Below are positions 34,521 to 45,986 of a stretch of 64,000 nt of DNA, piece by piece. Numbering within the stretch: the stretch's first letter is position 1; each line of letters begins with the position of its first letter. Below the pieces are notes generated by a model. The model made no database searches. It was given only the letters and a program-made list of their open reading frames with translations, and was not told the origin of the DNA. The stretch covers positions 459,599 to 523,598 of the forward strand of contig OY970327.1 in assembly GCA_963717365.1 (NCBI GenBank). Direction: 5' to 3'. Origin of the DNA: Candidatus Saccharimonadia bacterium. Lineage in GTDB: Bacteria > Patescibacteriota > Saccharimonadia > Saccharimonadales > 2-12-FULL-41-12. The position numbers and the translations under genes are program-made.

Positions 34521-36998
34521 ATGAAGCAGAACACATCCCAGCCAGACTTCTTAAAAAATGGTGGCAAACTGGGGGAGTTGATTGCTAAAAAAAAGTGGGA
34601 CAACACACCTTTTGGACCAATTGAATTATGGCCGCAGAGCCTAAAATCAACATTAAGTATATGTCTGTACTCAAAATTTCCAATAGCGATTTACTGGGGT
34701 GAGGATATGCGGTTGTTATTCAATGATGCGTGGAGCCCATTGCTGGGGGAAAGATATGTTTCCGCTCTGGGCCAGCCTGCTGAAAAAGTCTGGGGCGATA
34801 TGTGGGAATTAATCGAGCCAAGCTTGGGTAGTGTGCTGCACAGTGGACATAGTGCATTATTTAAGCATGAACTACTACCAATGAACCGACGGGGTTTTAT
34901 TGAAGAATCATACTTTGACTACACGATAAGCCCTATATTTGGAGAAGATCAACAAATTGTCGGAATAATAAACGTTGGGCATGAAGTCACTGGGCAAATT
35001 TTGCACGAGCGAAGGGATCGAATACTTCGAAAATTGTCGGAAAAATCAATAACGGCTGAATCACCGGACGCAGCTTGTATTCTTGTCGCAAACACGTTAA
35101 GTGAAGCACCAGCGGACATCCCATTTAGTCTAATCTATCTGATTAATAATGATTGTGATGCATTGCGATTAGCGGGCAGTACATCTCTAGATACCGATAC
35201 TTCTTTGGCCCGCAGTACGATAGATCTAAAAGCTGATAACTATATTTTGCCGGTTAATGAAGTAATCAAAACCAAAAAGCCACAACTTGTGGAAGGGCTT
35301 AGTAAACATTTTGATCTGCCCGGAGGTATATGGGAAGAACCAACCGACAGTGCCGTTATCGTACCCATAATCAGACCTCAGACCAAAGAATTGTATGGGA
35401 TATTTGTCGGTGGTATAAGTCCGCGTCTTTTATATAACAACTTTTATTCAAGCTATTTTCAGCAAATTAGCGAACTGACCGCTTTTTCAATTGGAACTGC
35501 CTATGACCTTAGGCGTAAATTAGCCTTGGAAGCACGCGAAAGCGAAGCTCAACAGCAACTACAGACCGCTCTCTCAACAGGATCGATCGGCATTTGGCTC
35601 TGGGATATACCTAGAAATGTAGTGATTGCCGATAGAAATCTCGCCTACAGATTTGGCATAGATTATGATGCTGCCCAAGCAGGGCTACCAATCTCGGTAT
35701 TTACTGACTCGATCCACCCAGATGACCGACAAAGAGTAATTAATGAAATTGATCATGCACTGGTGGTTACAAAAGTGTTTGAATCTGAGTATCGTACAAT
35801 AACGGGCGAAGGAGAGATAAAGTGGGTAATGGCAAGAGGCAGAGTAAATGACGATGCTGAAGGCACTCCTATACGACTACCTGGCGTTATTGTTGATATT
35901 ACCGATCGCAAAGAAGTGGAGCATGAACTTGCCAGTAGCGAACGAATGTTTAGCGCATTATTTGGATCAAGTATTATTGGAGTGATAGTTGCTACGTTAG
36001 ATGGAAAGATTCATGAAGCTAACGATACATTTCTGGACATGTTTGGATTCACAAAAAAAGAATTGGATCACGGTCTCTACTCATATATGATAACTCCTTC
36101 CAAATCCAGAGGAGTAACCTCAATTATTTATCAAATGCTGCGCGAGAAGGGGGAAGTAGAACCAACCGAGCGGGAATATATCAATAAAGCCGGCACCACC
36201 ATACCGGTAATGGTGGGCGCAGTGATGATCTCTGGTTCTGCCGACCGTTTCATAATGTTTATGTTAGATATTTCTGAGCAGCGTCAGTTGATGGCGGTCA
36301 ATAAAGCTAAGGATGAGTTTATTTCGATTGCTTCACATCAGTTGCGCACACCCGCTACTGGAGTTAAGCAGTATCTTGGAATGCTTATTGAGGGATATGC
36401 CGGTAAACTTACCCCTAAACAGAATAAAATGCTGCATACGGCTTATCAAAGCAACGAACGGCAACTAACTATTGTTAACGACCTACTTCGTGTCGCGCAG
36501 GCAGACGCCGATGAGATAAAACTACGTTTCGAGAAAATTGATCTCGGAGGATTGTTGCAAGATGTAATAAACGAACAATCAAGTAAATTTGCAGCTCGCA
36601 AGCAACAAATTGTATACACGCAAAGTACTAAGCGCAGCATGGCCATGCTTGATAAGCTCCATATCCGAATGGTTTTTGACAACATTATTGATAATGCCCA
36701 TAAATATACGCCTGAGAACAAAACAATAACAATTTCTTTATCAGCCAAGCGTTCATCACTTGTTGTAGCAGTTAAAGATCAAGGCGTAGGTATTTACAAA
36801 AGGGATATGTCAAAATTATTTAAAAAATTTTCTCGCATCGAAAACCCACTATCTACTACCGCAGGCGGTACAGGGCTTGGATTATACTGGGTGCAAAAGA
36901 TAATCGATCTACATAACGGAACAATTAATGTCTCGTCACAGCATCGACATGGCACCGAATTTGTTATTACCTTGCCAACAAGTATTAAAAACACCTAG
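34521..36998 (+). CDS. Multi-PAS/GAF sensor histidine kinase
   Basis: 825 aa with PAS-like repeats (e.g. GIWLWD...YRTITGEGEIKWV), the H-box SHQLRTP, and N/G boxes including GGTGLGLY. Confidence 0.8.
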   Translation: MKQNTSQPDFLKNGGKLGELIAKKKWDNTPFGPIELWPQSLKSTLSICLYSKFPIAIYWGEDMRLLFNDAWSPLLGERYVSALGQPAEKVWGDMWELIEPSLGSVLHSGHSALFKHELLPMNRRGFIEESYFDYTISPIFGEDQQIVGIINVGHEVTGQILHERRDRILRKLSEKSITAESPDAACILVANTLSEAPADIPFSLIYLINNDCDALRLAGSTSLDTDTSLARSTIDLKADNYILPVNEVIKTKKPQLVEGLSKHFDLPGGIWEEPTDSAVIVPIIRPQTKELYGIFVGGISPRLLYNNFYSSYFQQISELTAFSIGTAYDLRRKLALEARESEAQQQLQTALSTGSIGIWLWDIPRNVVIADRNLAYRFGIDYDAAQAGLPISVFTDSIHPDDRQRVINEIDHALVVTKVFESEYRTITGEGEIKWVMARGRVNDDAEGTPIRLPGVIVDITDRKEVEHELASSERMFSALFGSSIIGVIVATLDGKIHEANDTFLDMFGFTKKELDHGLYSYMITPSKSRGVTSIIYQMLREKGEVEPTEREYINKAGTTIPVMVGAVMISGSADRFIMFMLDISEQRQLMAVNKAKDEFISIASHQLRTPATGVKQYLGMLIEGYAGKLTPKQNKMLHTAYQSNERQLTIVNDLLRVAQADADEIKLRFEKIDLGGLLQDVINEQSSKFAARKQQIVYTQSTKRSMAMLDKLHIRMVFDNIIDNAHKYTPENKTITISLSAKRSSLVVAVKDQGVGIYKRDMSKLFKKFSRIENPLSTTAGGTGLGLYWVQKIIDLHNGTINVSSQHRHGTEFVITLPTSIKNT

Positions 36999-37113
36999 GT
37001 AGTTACCGTTTAATACTGGTTTATATTATCTTTCCCTATCGGCCAAGGACGTAATTTGATATGATTTAAGACGTAACCGGTTTATCTCGCAACGGTCGGT
37101 TAATACAAACATT

Positions 37114-38055
37114 ATGTACAAGAATTCCAAAAATAATCCCCAGGTATGGAGCCGGGAGGTAAACGCAATTGCTTTGCCCGCCAGCAAACGTCCTTTGTTT
37201 ATTAAAGTCACTTTTTTATTGATTATATTCTTAGCACTCCTTGCTATTGGCCGTCAGGTATTCGCTGTAGAGCCGCCTGTTTCACCCCAATCAGCCCAAG
37301 TTGTCGGCGCAGTCAGTCAGCCGGAAGCTGAGCCAAATAACCTGGTAACACCAAAACGTCAGATAAATACTTCCGGTTTGCAGGCTTCCATGAGCCAAAT
37401 TATTAAAAAATACCCCTATGACACGAGTGTATCTGTTATAGATCTAAATTCCGGCACCTTAATTCAAACAGGCGATAGTTATCCTTTTATTGCTGCCAGT
37501 ACTACCAAACTAATGACCACCTTACTTTATCTTAATAATATTGAAGTAGGACAAGCAAGTCTGACGGATCAAATTGGTACATTTACTGCCGGCGAACAGC
37601 TAAAGCTCGCCATAAACCAAAGTGATAATGCCGCATGGCAGGAACTAAATAACCATTTAGGAAAAGATAGTCTGGCAGCTTACGCTAAAGTCCAAGGCAT
37701 AGAAAGTTACGACCCAGCACGAAACACCATTACCTCTAATGACATGGCTCGCCTGATGGCAAAATTATATAACCACGAATTACTCAACAAAGAACACACA
37801 AAGTTATTATTATCATGGATGCAAAATACTTCAGATGAACGTTTCATTCCTGCCGGTCTACCACAAGGAATAACTTCGTATCACAAAGCAGGTTATCTAA
37901 ATGATAGAGTCCATGACGTAGCTATTATAGACAATGGAAGTGCTCCATTTGTTTTAGTTGTGTACTCAAAATCGTATACTAACAACTACGACTTCGGAGT
38001 TGGTCAGAAACTTTTCAAGCAAGTAGCAACACAAGCAGTAACTACATTCCAATAA
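37114..38055 (+). CDS. Class-A beta-lactamase-like serine hydrolase, secreted or membrane-anchored
   Basis: 313 aa with an N-terminal TM/signal segment. Motifs are ASTTK (SxxK), QSDN (SDN) and HKAGY (a KTG-like KAG). Confidence 0.55.
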   Translation: MYKNSKNNPQVWSREVNAIALPASKRPLFIKVTFLLIIFLALLAIGRQVFAVEPPVSPQSAQVVGAVSQPEAEPNNLVTPKRQINTSGLQASMSQIIKKYPYDTSVSVIDLNSGTLIQTGDSYPFIAASTTKLMTTLLYLNNIEVGQASLTDQIGTFTAGEQLKLAINQSDNAAWQELNNHLGKDSLAAYAKVQGIESYDPARNTITSNDMARLMAKLYNHELLNKEHTKLLLSWMQNTSDERFIPAGLPQGITSYHKAGYLNDRVHDVAIIDNGSAPFVLVVYSKSYTNNYDFGVGQKLFKQVATQAVTTFQ

Positions 38056-38056
38056 C

Positions 38057-39115
38057 ATGAATACATCTACGCTTTCCTTTAATCTATACAGTCGTATACA
38101 GTACTTTGACTATCTTATTGAGCGTTGCAACCAGGCAAAAACGGGCGATTCAATAATTTTAGCAACCTTAGAATTTAGGCCAGACCTACCCATGATCCAA
38201 GATATTGTTACAGCACTTGGTACTGCCGCCAAGCAAGGCGCGGATGTCACCTTTGTAGTCGATGCTTATTCTTTCTTAGTAAAAGCCGGCGCCGGACTAG
38301 GGCCGTTATTTTTTAGTAAAAAAGATCCAAAGTTGGGTTACGGGGAATTTAAACCGGTTGTTGAAGCAGTTAACTGGCTTCGTGATCAGGGAGTAAATTG
38401 CGCTGTTATTAATAAGCCCCAGCGTGCCCTAAAAAACCCATTTATGGGTCGTTCGCATATAAAATTCGCTGTTATTAATGAGGAAGTATACATTGGTGGC
38501 TGCAATCTCAGTGAGCCTGAGTTAATTGATGTAATGGTTCGTATGGACAACAAACGGTTGGCAAAATATATGACACGTTTTACCCAAGACGTGATTAAGC
38601 ACAAAAGCGTACGCAAAGCACTGCTACAACGAGACGTCAGTTTTAAAATAGACGCTGAGACAGAATTATTGATTGACGCTGGCGTCAAACGGCAGTCATT
38701 AATATATGATCGTGCACTAGCACTCATCGGTAGCGCTACTAGTCGTGTATATATGACCTGCCAATACTTTCCGAATAACCGAACACCTACCGAGCTAGCC
38801 CGAGCTCACTACAGGGGCGTTAACGTTCATTTGGCCTATAATCATCCGGATCAACATAATAGTTTGATTCGTAGCTTCCAAAAGCGCACCGTAGCCTATA
38901 ATCGCAGACGTCTACCGGAAAATGTTTTCGAAAACCAACTCAAAATCGATAGCGATTTTTTGCATGCTAAGATTTTAATAAGCGAGAAAGAAGCTATTAT
39001 TGGTAGTCATAATTTTGTAAAAATGGGCGTTAATCTTGGAACGGCAGAAATTGCGCTGCATAGTACTTCAAAGGATTTTATCCGCACAGCGCGAAACTGG
39101 ATAACCGCGCTTTAG
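38057..39115 (+). CDS. Phospholipase-D-superfamily protein (cardiolipin/phosphatidylserine-synthase-like)
   Basis: 352 aa with two HKD-like motifs, HIKFAVINEEVYIGGCN and HAKILISEKEAIIGSHN. Confidence 0.6.
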   Translation: MNTSTLSFNLYSRIQYFDYLIERCNQAKTGDSIILATLEFRPDLPMIQDIVTALGTAAKQGADVTFVVDAYSFLVKAGAGLGPLFFSKKDPKLGYGEFKPVVEAVNWLRDQGVNCAVINKPQRALKNPFMGRSHIKFAVINEEVYIGGCNLSEPELIDVMVRMDNKRLAKYMTRFTQDVIKHKSVRKALLQRDVSFKIDAETELLIDAGVKRQSLIYDRALALIGSATSRVYMTCQYFPNNRTPTELARAHYRGVNVHLAYNHPDQHNSLIRSFQKRTVAYNRRRLPENVFENQLKIDSDFLHAKILISEKEAIIGSHNFVKMGVNLGTAEIALHSTSKDFIRTARNWITAL

Positions 39116-39154
39116 CAACTATGTTCTGTTTGTCTTCATGGTATTGTTTACTAT

Positions 39155-39781
39155 ATGGCGCTTAATCTACATATTTCTCCTCACAGGCCCGACTGGGAGA
39201 CCATCCCAACACGTGATAGGAACAGCTGGCAAAAACTAGCAGCCGGCAGTAAGGGCTGGTTGACGCCTGCCAATGCCATAAGTTTGCTGGGAGCCACGCT
39301 AGTTTTGGCAGGGCTACTACAGTTGAGAAGTGAAGTGACGATCACTGGGGTAGTATTGATACTAATTGGTCGTCTAGCTGACATAGCAGATGGATATATT
39401 GCCGATAAAACCGGTACAAAAAGTCCTCTCGGTGAGTTAGTGGACACCACGAGTGACAAATTTATTGCGGCAATCACCATCATTGCTTTATTTGTATATG
39501 GATTATTGCCCCTTATCTTTATTATCACAATTGCACTTCATACAATTGTGAACAGCAGCGTATCTCTTCTTGGCCGATACAAAAAGACTATTATTCACCC
39601 CTCGCTTGAGGGAAAATTAGCAACATTTTCAGCCTGGGCAGTAATTATTGCGTATCTCATGCATACACTTCTACGTAGCGATGTTATTTTATTCTTTGCA
39701 ATAATTCTTTTTATTGGCTTTACATACTTTGCTACGCGATCTACTTACGCATACATAACTCAGCTGATTCACGCATGGTAG
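39155..39781 (+). CDS. CDP-alcohol phosphatidyltransferase family protein
   Basis: 208 aa and multi-TM. DGYIADKTGTKSPLGELVDTTSDK fits the signature DG-x2-A-x9-G-x3-D-x3-D. Confidence 0.75.
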   Translation: MALNLHISPHRPDWETIPTRDRNSWQKLAAGSKGWLTPANAISLLGATLVLAGLLQLRSEVTITGVVLILIGRLADIADGYIADKTGTKSPLGELVDTTSDKFIAAITIIALFVYGLLPLIFIITIALHTIVNSSVSLLGRYKKTIIHPSLEGKLATFSAWAVIIAYLMHTLLRSDVILFFAIILFIGFTYFATRSTYAYITQLIHAW

Positions 39782-39815
39782 GATTTTTCATGGCATAATT
39801 AACATTACTATAAAA

Positions 39816-39841
39816 AATCGGCACCTGCGAAAGTGCCGATT
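39816..39841 (-). terminator. Rho-independent terminator for the minus-strand small gene
   Basis: AATCGGCAC (39816-39824) pairs with GTGCCGATT (39833-39841). On the minus strand a T-run follows (complement of AAAAAA at 39812-39817). Confidence 0.55.
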
Positions 39842-39866
39842 GGTCAGTCAAAGGGAAAATGATGTG

Positions 39867-40001
39867 TTAGATGCGGGCGTTGCGCTTGTTGGACTCAACT
39901 TTACGAGCCCATTGACTGGCAAGTTTATCATATAGTTCCATTAGCTTATCCTCAGCTTTATATTCGTCTTGCATTGGATCTTTTCTATATGTTTTACCCA
40001 T
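39867..40001 (-). CDS. Small hypothetical protein (44 aa), not in the supplied ORF track
   Basis: My translation of the minus strand is MGKTYRKDPMQDEYKAEDKLMELYDKLASQWARKVESNKRNARI. A strong SD AAGGAG lies 7 nt upstream (complement of 40009-40014) and a terminator lies downstream. Confidence 0.45.
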   Translation of the reverse strand: MGKTYRKDPMQDEYKAEDKLMELYDKLASQWARKVESNKRNARI

Positions 40002-40702
40002 TGTTTTGCTCCTTTTTTTGGCTTTTGCCTTATTTAAGCACTATCATTGTCTTACGTTTATGCTGTCTCCGACTGTAAGATATTTAACTCATATAAATTA
40101 AGTAGGGTAGATGTTAGATTTTTTATAGTTACATCGCTATCTAGCCCTCAAACTAGAGGTATGATAAAAGATCATATTCACAAATTTAAAGCAGTGCAAC
40201 CCAATCGCACTCATGTGGTGCGTATACACTATGGCATGTCATTTATTGACAGCATTAATGTAGCCGCAGACAACAAGCACCGTATGGTTAACACCATTCC
40301 TGCTACATACTAAATAACCGTAAGCAGGGAAGGCAAGAATGGGGAAGTCGTTGAAATATTTCAGAATGCATTTTGGCAATAATGATCGAGATATGAAATC
40401 AAATCAAAGCAGCCACAGCGTGTACAAATACTCAATGTATATGCAAAGCAAGGACAGTGCGTGGATAGACCGAAATGTTAAGGATGACGACGATGTCGTT
40501 GAGCCGATAGAAGAGGACATACGCGACTAGATAGCTTTAACATTAATAATAGATTCAAGAAACTTGTCAGTAACACAAAAAGGTGGTACCCTAAAACATA
40601 AGTTGTCAACAATAAATAGTGATATCATGGTAGTCTAGTAGATGAGCATTAATCAAGCATGCGAGCTATTGCTTAATCTAATTGGAGACCCCCATAACTG
40701 AG

Positions 40703-41377
40703 ATGGACATTCCTGAAGAACTTTTAACTATCTGCAAACAGCATCCTGTCCATAAACGGGAGGCTGGTGAACCTATTTTGTATCAAGGGGAAATACCTCG
40801 TCATGCCTATATTCTCACTAGTGGCATTGTAAAAGTCTACGATATAGGTGGCGCCGGTGACGAAAAAATTATTAATTTCCTCTCGGTCGGCGACCTTATG
40901 CCCCCAGCCTGGGTATTTAAAAAGGCCCCGGTAAGTCTTTATTATTATGATGCGTTTACACCATGCAATTTTTATCGCATCGGTCGCGATACGCTTCTTG
41001 AAGCAATACGTACAAAGCCAGCCATCACACATTTTATGTTTGAACATTACGCCACTTCCTTTGTCGGCTCGCTGTTAGAAATAAACGCCCTGGAGCAATC
41101 AAAAGGTAATGAAAAAATTATCCATATGCTGCAGTATCTTCTAATGCGTTTTCCAAGCCCGCGTAATCATTCAGAGGAGTGGCAGCGCATTGACCTGCGC
41201 ATAACTCACCAAGACTTAGCCAATATGACCGGCTTAACCCGTGAAACCACTTCCACAGAGCTAAATAAGTTGCGTCGCAAAGGTATCGTCGAGTACGCCA
41301 ACCAGCATTACTCCTTAAATATCCCACTCTTACGCTCACTGCTTAGCTCTGAAGAATTCCTCAGCTTCAAGTATTAG
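40703..41377 (+). CDS. Crp/Fnr-family transcriptional regulator
   Basis: A cNMP-binding-like beta-barrel (GEIPRHAYILTSGIVKVY) plus a C-terminal HTH (THQDLANMTGLTRETTSTELNKLRRKGIV). The start is ambiguous between ATG 40703 and TTG 40682. Confidence 0.7.
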   Translation: MDIPEELLTICKQHPVHKREAGEPILYQGEIPRHAYILTSGIVKVYDIGGAGDEKIINFLSVGDLMPPAWVFKKAPVSLYYYDAFTPCNFYRIGRDTLLEAIRTKPAITHFMFEHYATSFVGSLLEINALEQSKGNEKIIHMLQYLLMRFPSPRNHSEEWQRIDLRITHQDLANMTGLTRETTSTELNKLRRKGIVEYANQHYSLNIPLLRSLLSSEEFLSFKY

Positions 41378-41380
41378 CCT

Positions 41381-41467
41381 TTAGATATTCATACGAATAG
41401 ACACGGAAATTGCCTAACGAGCAATTTCCTGCGGAATATAACCGAGTCTATACGTATGAATATCTAA
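41381..41467 (+). repeat. Structured palindromic element E1 (outer 22-bp stem plus inner hairpin with loop CTAACGA)
   Basis: Outer arms 41381-41402 and 41446-41467 have 1 mismatch. The inner hairpin is GGAAATTGC (41405-41413), loop CTAACGA, GCAATTTCC (41421-41429). The element begins 4 nt after the crp-like stop. Confidence 0.6.
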
Positions 41468-41510
41468 AGCCAGGATTTTAATGATATTTCACTTAATCCG
41501 CAGAGTACAG

Positions 41511-42128
41511 CTATAAACCTGGACCGTATTTTGCTATAAAATCGGCAATCTCTTCGGCCTTTTCGGGAAAAAGCGCTGAATACCAGGTTGTTCTACCTGA
41601 GTATCTTGTTATAAAATCCAGCGAAAGTCCGATACCCATGTTCATAAAATACGCTGCTACGTCAACCTCGTGATCGAGCTCACCGGTTAGCGATGTATCA
41701 CTAGCATGTTGTGCTGCGTGCAGCCACTCTTCTGCAGCGCCCATAGCTATTTCTTTCTGAAGTTGTTCAACTAATTCAGGATCAAACCTGTCCCTATCTA
41801 TATTTTCATTATAAGGGCCTTGTATATGATATCCTGTAATTTTTAAATTGTGACTTGGTCTCTGATACCAATTTCTACTAACTACAGAACGAGTTTCTTT
41901 GACTAGATCATCTTTTGAGAGTAACGTGCGAATACCGATAACAAGGTTAAGACCCGGTCTTTCTCTTTGGGGGACGAAGTCACTATCTAGGTTATATTGA
42001 GCAAAGTGATTAAATGCTTCTTCGTTCTGCCCAGATTGAAGTAGCGCAATACCTGAGGCAATATGATCCAGCAGTAGGACCTGTCTCTCAGTTTCAGTGA
42101 TAGAGACATAAGCTTCAAAACCAGACAT
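41511..42128 (-). CDS. Hypothetical protein (205 aa)
   Basis: ORF only. No domain recognised. Confidence 0.5.
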   Translation of the reverse strand: MSGFEAYVSITETERQVLLLDHIASGIALLQSGQNEEAFNHFAQYNLDSDFVPQRERPGLNLVIGIRTLLSKDDLVKETRSVVSRNWYQRPSHNLKITGYHIQGPYNENIDRDRFDPELVEQLQKEIAMGAAEEWLHAAQHASDTSLTGELDHEVDVAAYFMNMGIGLSLDFITRYSGRTTWYSALFPEKAEEIADFIAKYGPGL

Positions 42129-42219
42129 AATAATACTTTACAATAATATGTTATTAATTTCAAATCTAGTAGAATTCGTATAAACCTTGCGTGGTGATTA
42201 AGTCAAGTTCTAGGATAGA

Positions 42220-42310
42220 AGCATACCGTTGCAAAGTAATGACTTTGCTCTCTGCAAGAGGAACTTGCTCGTTAGGCAAGTTTCGGGTCATTACTTTGCA
42301 ACGGTATGCT
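42220..42310 (-). repeat. Structured palindromic element E2 (outer 24-bp perfect stem plus inner hairpin, loop CTAACGA on the minus strand)
   Basis: AGCATACCGTTGCAAAGTAATGAC (42220-42243) is the exact reverse complement of 42287-42310. The inner hairpin is GAACTTGC / TCGTTAG / GCAAGTTTC (42261-42284). The element lies directly 3' of the response-regulator stop at 42312. Confidence 0.65.
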
Positions 42311-42311
42311 G

Positions 42312-42695
42312 TTATTCGTCGATAAGGCTGTTTCGAACAATCCGCACTAGTTCTTTAGGAGAAGCGTAAGCTTTTAGCACATAGTGGGTAGCGCCGAGGT
42401 CAAATGAGCTGTCAATGTCTTTCTGAACGTCATAGTTGCTGAAGACAATAATTTTATAATCTGGATGGTCCTTTTTCTGCAATTCGGCAAGGAAGGTAAG
42501 TCCGTCCATTTTTGGCATTCTCAGATCAAGCAAAATTAAGTCAGGGGTTTTATCTTTAAGGATTTCCAGTGCCTCTTCGCCGTTGAAGGCTTTGTAAACC
42601 TTGTAGCCCTCATGCTTAAGGACAGTCTCATAGGCTTCATTTAATAAGGTTTCGTCTTCGACGATCAAGATCTGAGCTTTTTTGGATGTAGTCAT
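42312..42695 (-). CDS. Single-domain response regulator (CheY-like receiver)
   Basis: 127 aa with ILIVEDE, DLILLDLRMPKMDG and a conserved Lys region. Confidence 0.85.
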   Translation of the reverse strand: MTTSKKAQILIVEDETLLNEAYETVLKHEGYKVYKAFNGEEALEILKDKTPDLILLDLRMPKMDGLTFLAELQKKDHPDYKIIVFSNYDVQKDIDSSFDLGATHYVLKAYASPKELVRIVRNSLIDE

Positions 42696-42758
42696 TGCGT
42701 TGTCTGTACTTTCTGTAACCCTTACATTATGTATTATTTATCATCAATATTCCAATTA

Positions 42759-44573
42759 TTATGGACTGTTGTTGTTAGTATGGTCTGTAAGATTGTTTGC
42801 GGTGTAATTAGAATCTTGCGGGAGGATGATTGTGAACGTCGAACCAACCCCAACTTCACTTATAAACTCTATTCTACCGCCGTGAAGTTCAATCAACACT
42901 TTATCGATATATAGCCCAATACCACTTCCTCCGACTTCAAGCGACCTATCATTATCAAGTCTTGAGAATTTTTTAAAGAGCTTATCATAATCTTCAGGCT
43001 CAATTCCGACACCTTGATCGATTATCGCTATTATGACTTCGTTATTATTAGTCAGCGAGGTTTTAACGGTTATTTGGGTTTTAGGATGACTGTACTTACT
43101 AGCATTCGATATTACGTTTTCAATAACCATTCGAAGACAGGACTCATCAGCGTTTACTAACAACGCTTCCTCCGGGCGATCAATAACTATAGATTGTTCA
43201 TTTTCTTCAAGAGTATCAGACAAATCGAGCACAATATCATCCAGTAATATATTGATGTCAAAAAGCTGACGATTAACACTCAGTCTGCCGGCATCAGCTT
43301 TAGCAACATACAAGATCTGATTAATGGTATCTATTTGGCGCTCATTACTAGCGTATGCCTTTTGAATAGCAGGCAATTGTTTTTTGCTGATCTTTCCAGT
43401 GTAACCTTCGAGGATCATTCCTAAATATTGCTTAACTGCTGTTGCCGGTGTACGCAATTGGTGTGATGCTAAGGAAAGCAGGTCGTCCTTTGCTTGCTGG
43501 GTTTCATTTTGCTTGCTATAAACAATCGCACGAGCACGGGTCAACATAACTAAAAATAAAAATCCAGCGATGGCAAAGCTGATGGTCGTACCGCCGATAA
43601 TAATCATATTGGCCCGCTGAACATCACTTCGTGCCGAATCCATCGGTCCAGCCAAACGAAATGACCAAGTCTGATTAAAAACATTGGCGGTAAATGCTGT
43701 GGTTGTCTGATGCTGCTCAAAGTCTTTATAATTTGGCGACTCATAAAGCAGGGGGTCATTTTCTGTATTAATACCATCAAAAATCTGAATAGCTGAATAG
43801 GAATTAAATTTTGAGGTGTCGATGGCATGGCCAAAAAAATCGTTCGATCCATAGGCTGCAAAGACAAAGCCCTGAAGATTGGCACGCCTTTCTTCAACTG
43901 TCGTAGGTTTTGTATCTTTTGTATATAATGGCTGATACATAGTAAAGCTAGATTGACCTGGAATAGTATATTCGGGTAACTGTGCAAGCTTGTCAGAAAG
44001 TCCAGCTTCTCCAGAGTCCCTTGTTTTTATAGCTAAATCAAGCCGTTGTGGATCGGTGAAAATATCAAAGCCAAGCAGCTTATTTGTTTCATCATCCATT
44101 GGCTCCACATAGGTAACGGACGCATACTCCGTGCGTACACCATTGGGCTTAATAGAGAAGTCTGACAAACCTTCTTGGCGTACATTAGCTGTGTAAACAT
44201 CGGCCGATTGGCCAGGAAGATATTGTATAAATCCAAGACGAGAGACACCCGGATAAGTCTCCCCTAGGTCATACTGTTGAATATAACGACGCCAGTCCTC
44301 ACGAGTAACATGGTCTGAAGCGCTAAACAATCCACTGGCACCGCGTAATATTTGTTCATAAATAACCAAGCGGTTAGTAATATCCATCTCAATTGAACGA
44401 ATCTGCTCATTCAGCCGAGCTACCTCTTGAGTATCGATACGTTGTCGGTCGATATGCCAAGATAACAATGTGATAATCATGCCGAGGATAAATACAAAGG
44501 CTGTGGCCAGCACATAACTTTTAATTCCAGGTATGATTCGTATATACCGCTTATATAATGCCGTTATATTCAT
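42759..44573 (-). CDS. Sensor histidine kinase with an extracytoplasmic CHASE-like domain
   Basis: 604 aa with two TM segments flanking a ~280-aa domain (SDHVTREDWRRYIQQYDLGETYPGVSRLGFIQYLP, which is CHASE-like). The H-box is SHQLRTP and the G-box is GGSGIGLY. Confidence 0.75.
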   Translation of the reverse strand: MNITALYKRYIRIIPGIKSYVLATAFVFILGMIITLLSWHIDRQRIDTQEVARLNEQIRSIEMDITNRLVIYEQILRGASGLFSASDHVTREDWRRYIQQYDLGETYPGVSRLGFIQYLPGQSADVYTANVRQEGLSDFSIKPNGVRTEYASVTYVEPMDDETNKLLGFDIFTDPQRLDLAIKTRDSGEAGLSDKLAQLPEYTIPGQSSFTMYQPLYTKDTKPTTVEERRANLQGFVFAAYGSNDFFGHAIDTSKFNSYSAIQIFDGINTENDPLLYESPNYKDFEQHQTTTAFTANVFNQTWSFRLAGPMDSARSDVQRANMIIIGGTTISFAIAGFLFLVMLTRARAIVYSKQNETQQAKDDLLSLASHQLRTPATAVKQYLGMILEGYTGKISKKQLPAIQKAYASNERQIDTINQILYVAKADAGRLSVNRQLFDINILLDDIVLDLSDTLEENEQSIVIDRPEEALLVNADESCLRMVIENVISNASKYSHPKTQITVKTSLTNNNEVIIAIIDQGVGIEPEDYDKLFKKFSRLDNDRSLEVGGSGIGLYIDKVLIELHGGRIEFISEVGVGSTFTIILPQDSNYTANNLTDHTNNNSP

Positions 44574-44699
44574 TGTTTCAAAAATTTACTTCCGTTATAT
44601 CTCATAGTATGATGCCCACTCTGTAATGATTTGTAAGAAATTTAACAGCATTTAAATCATAAGAGTATTGCTGTACTAAGCAGATGTTATTATAAGTAA

Positions 44700-45917
<1,218 letters not shown>

Positions 45918-45986
45918 TCATTACTTGACATTATCAAGTAATGATCGGTATGCTTATCAGTATAACCTCGTGAACGGAATATTTTC

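Noticed and set aside
40047-40530. ORFs 40047-40313 (88 aa) and 40339-40530 (63 aa) as genes
   Set aside because: They have AT-rich, low-complexity composition, weak or absent start signals and no recognisable motifs. They are left unannotated, and the region may instead be regulatory for the Crp-like gene.
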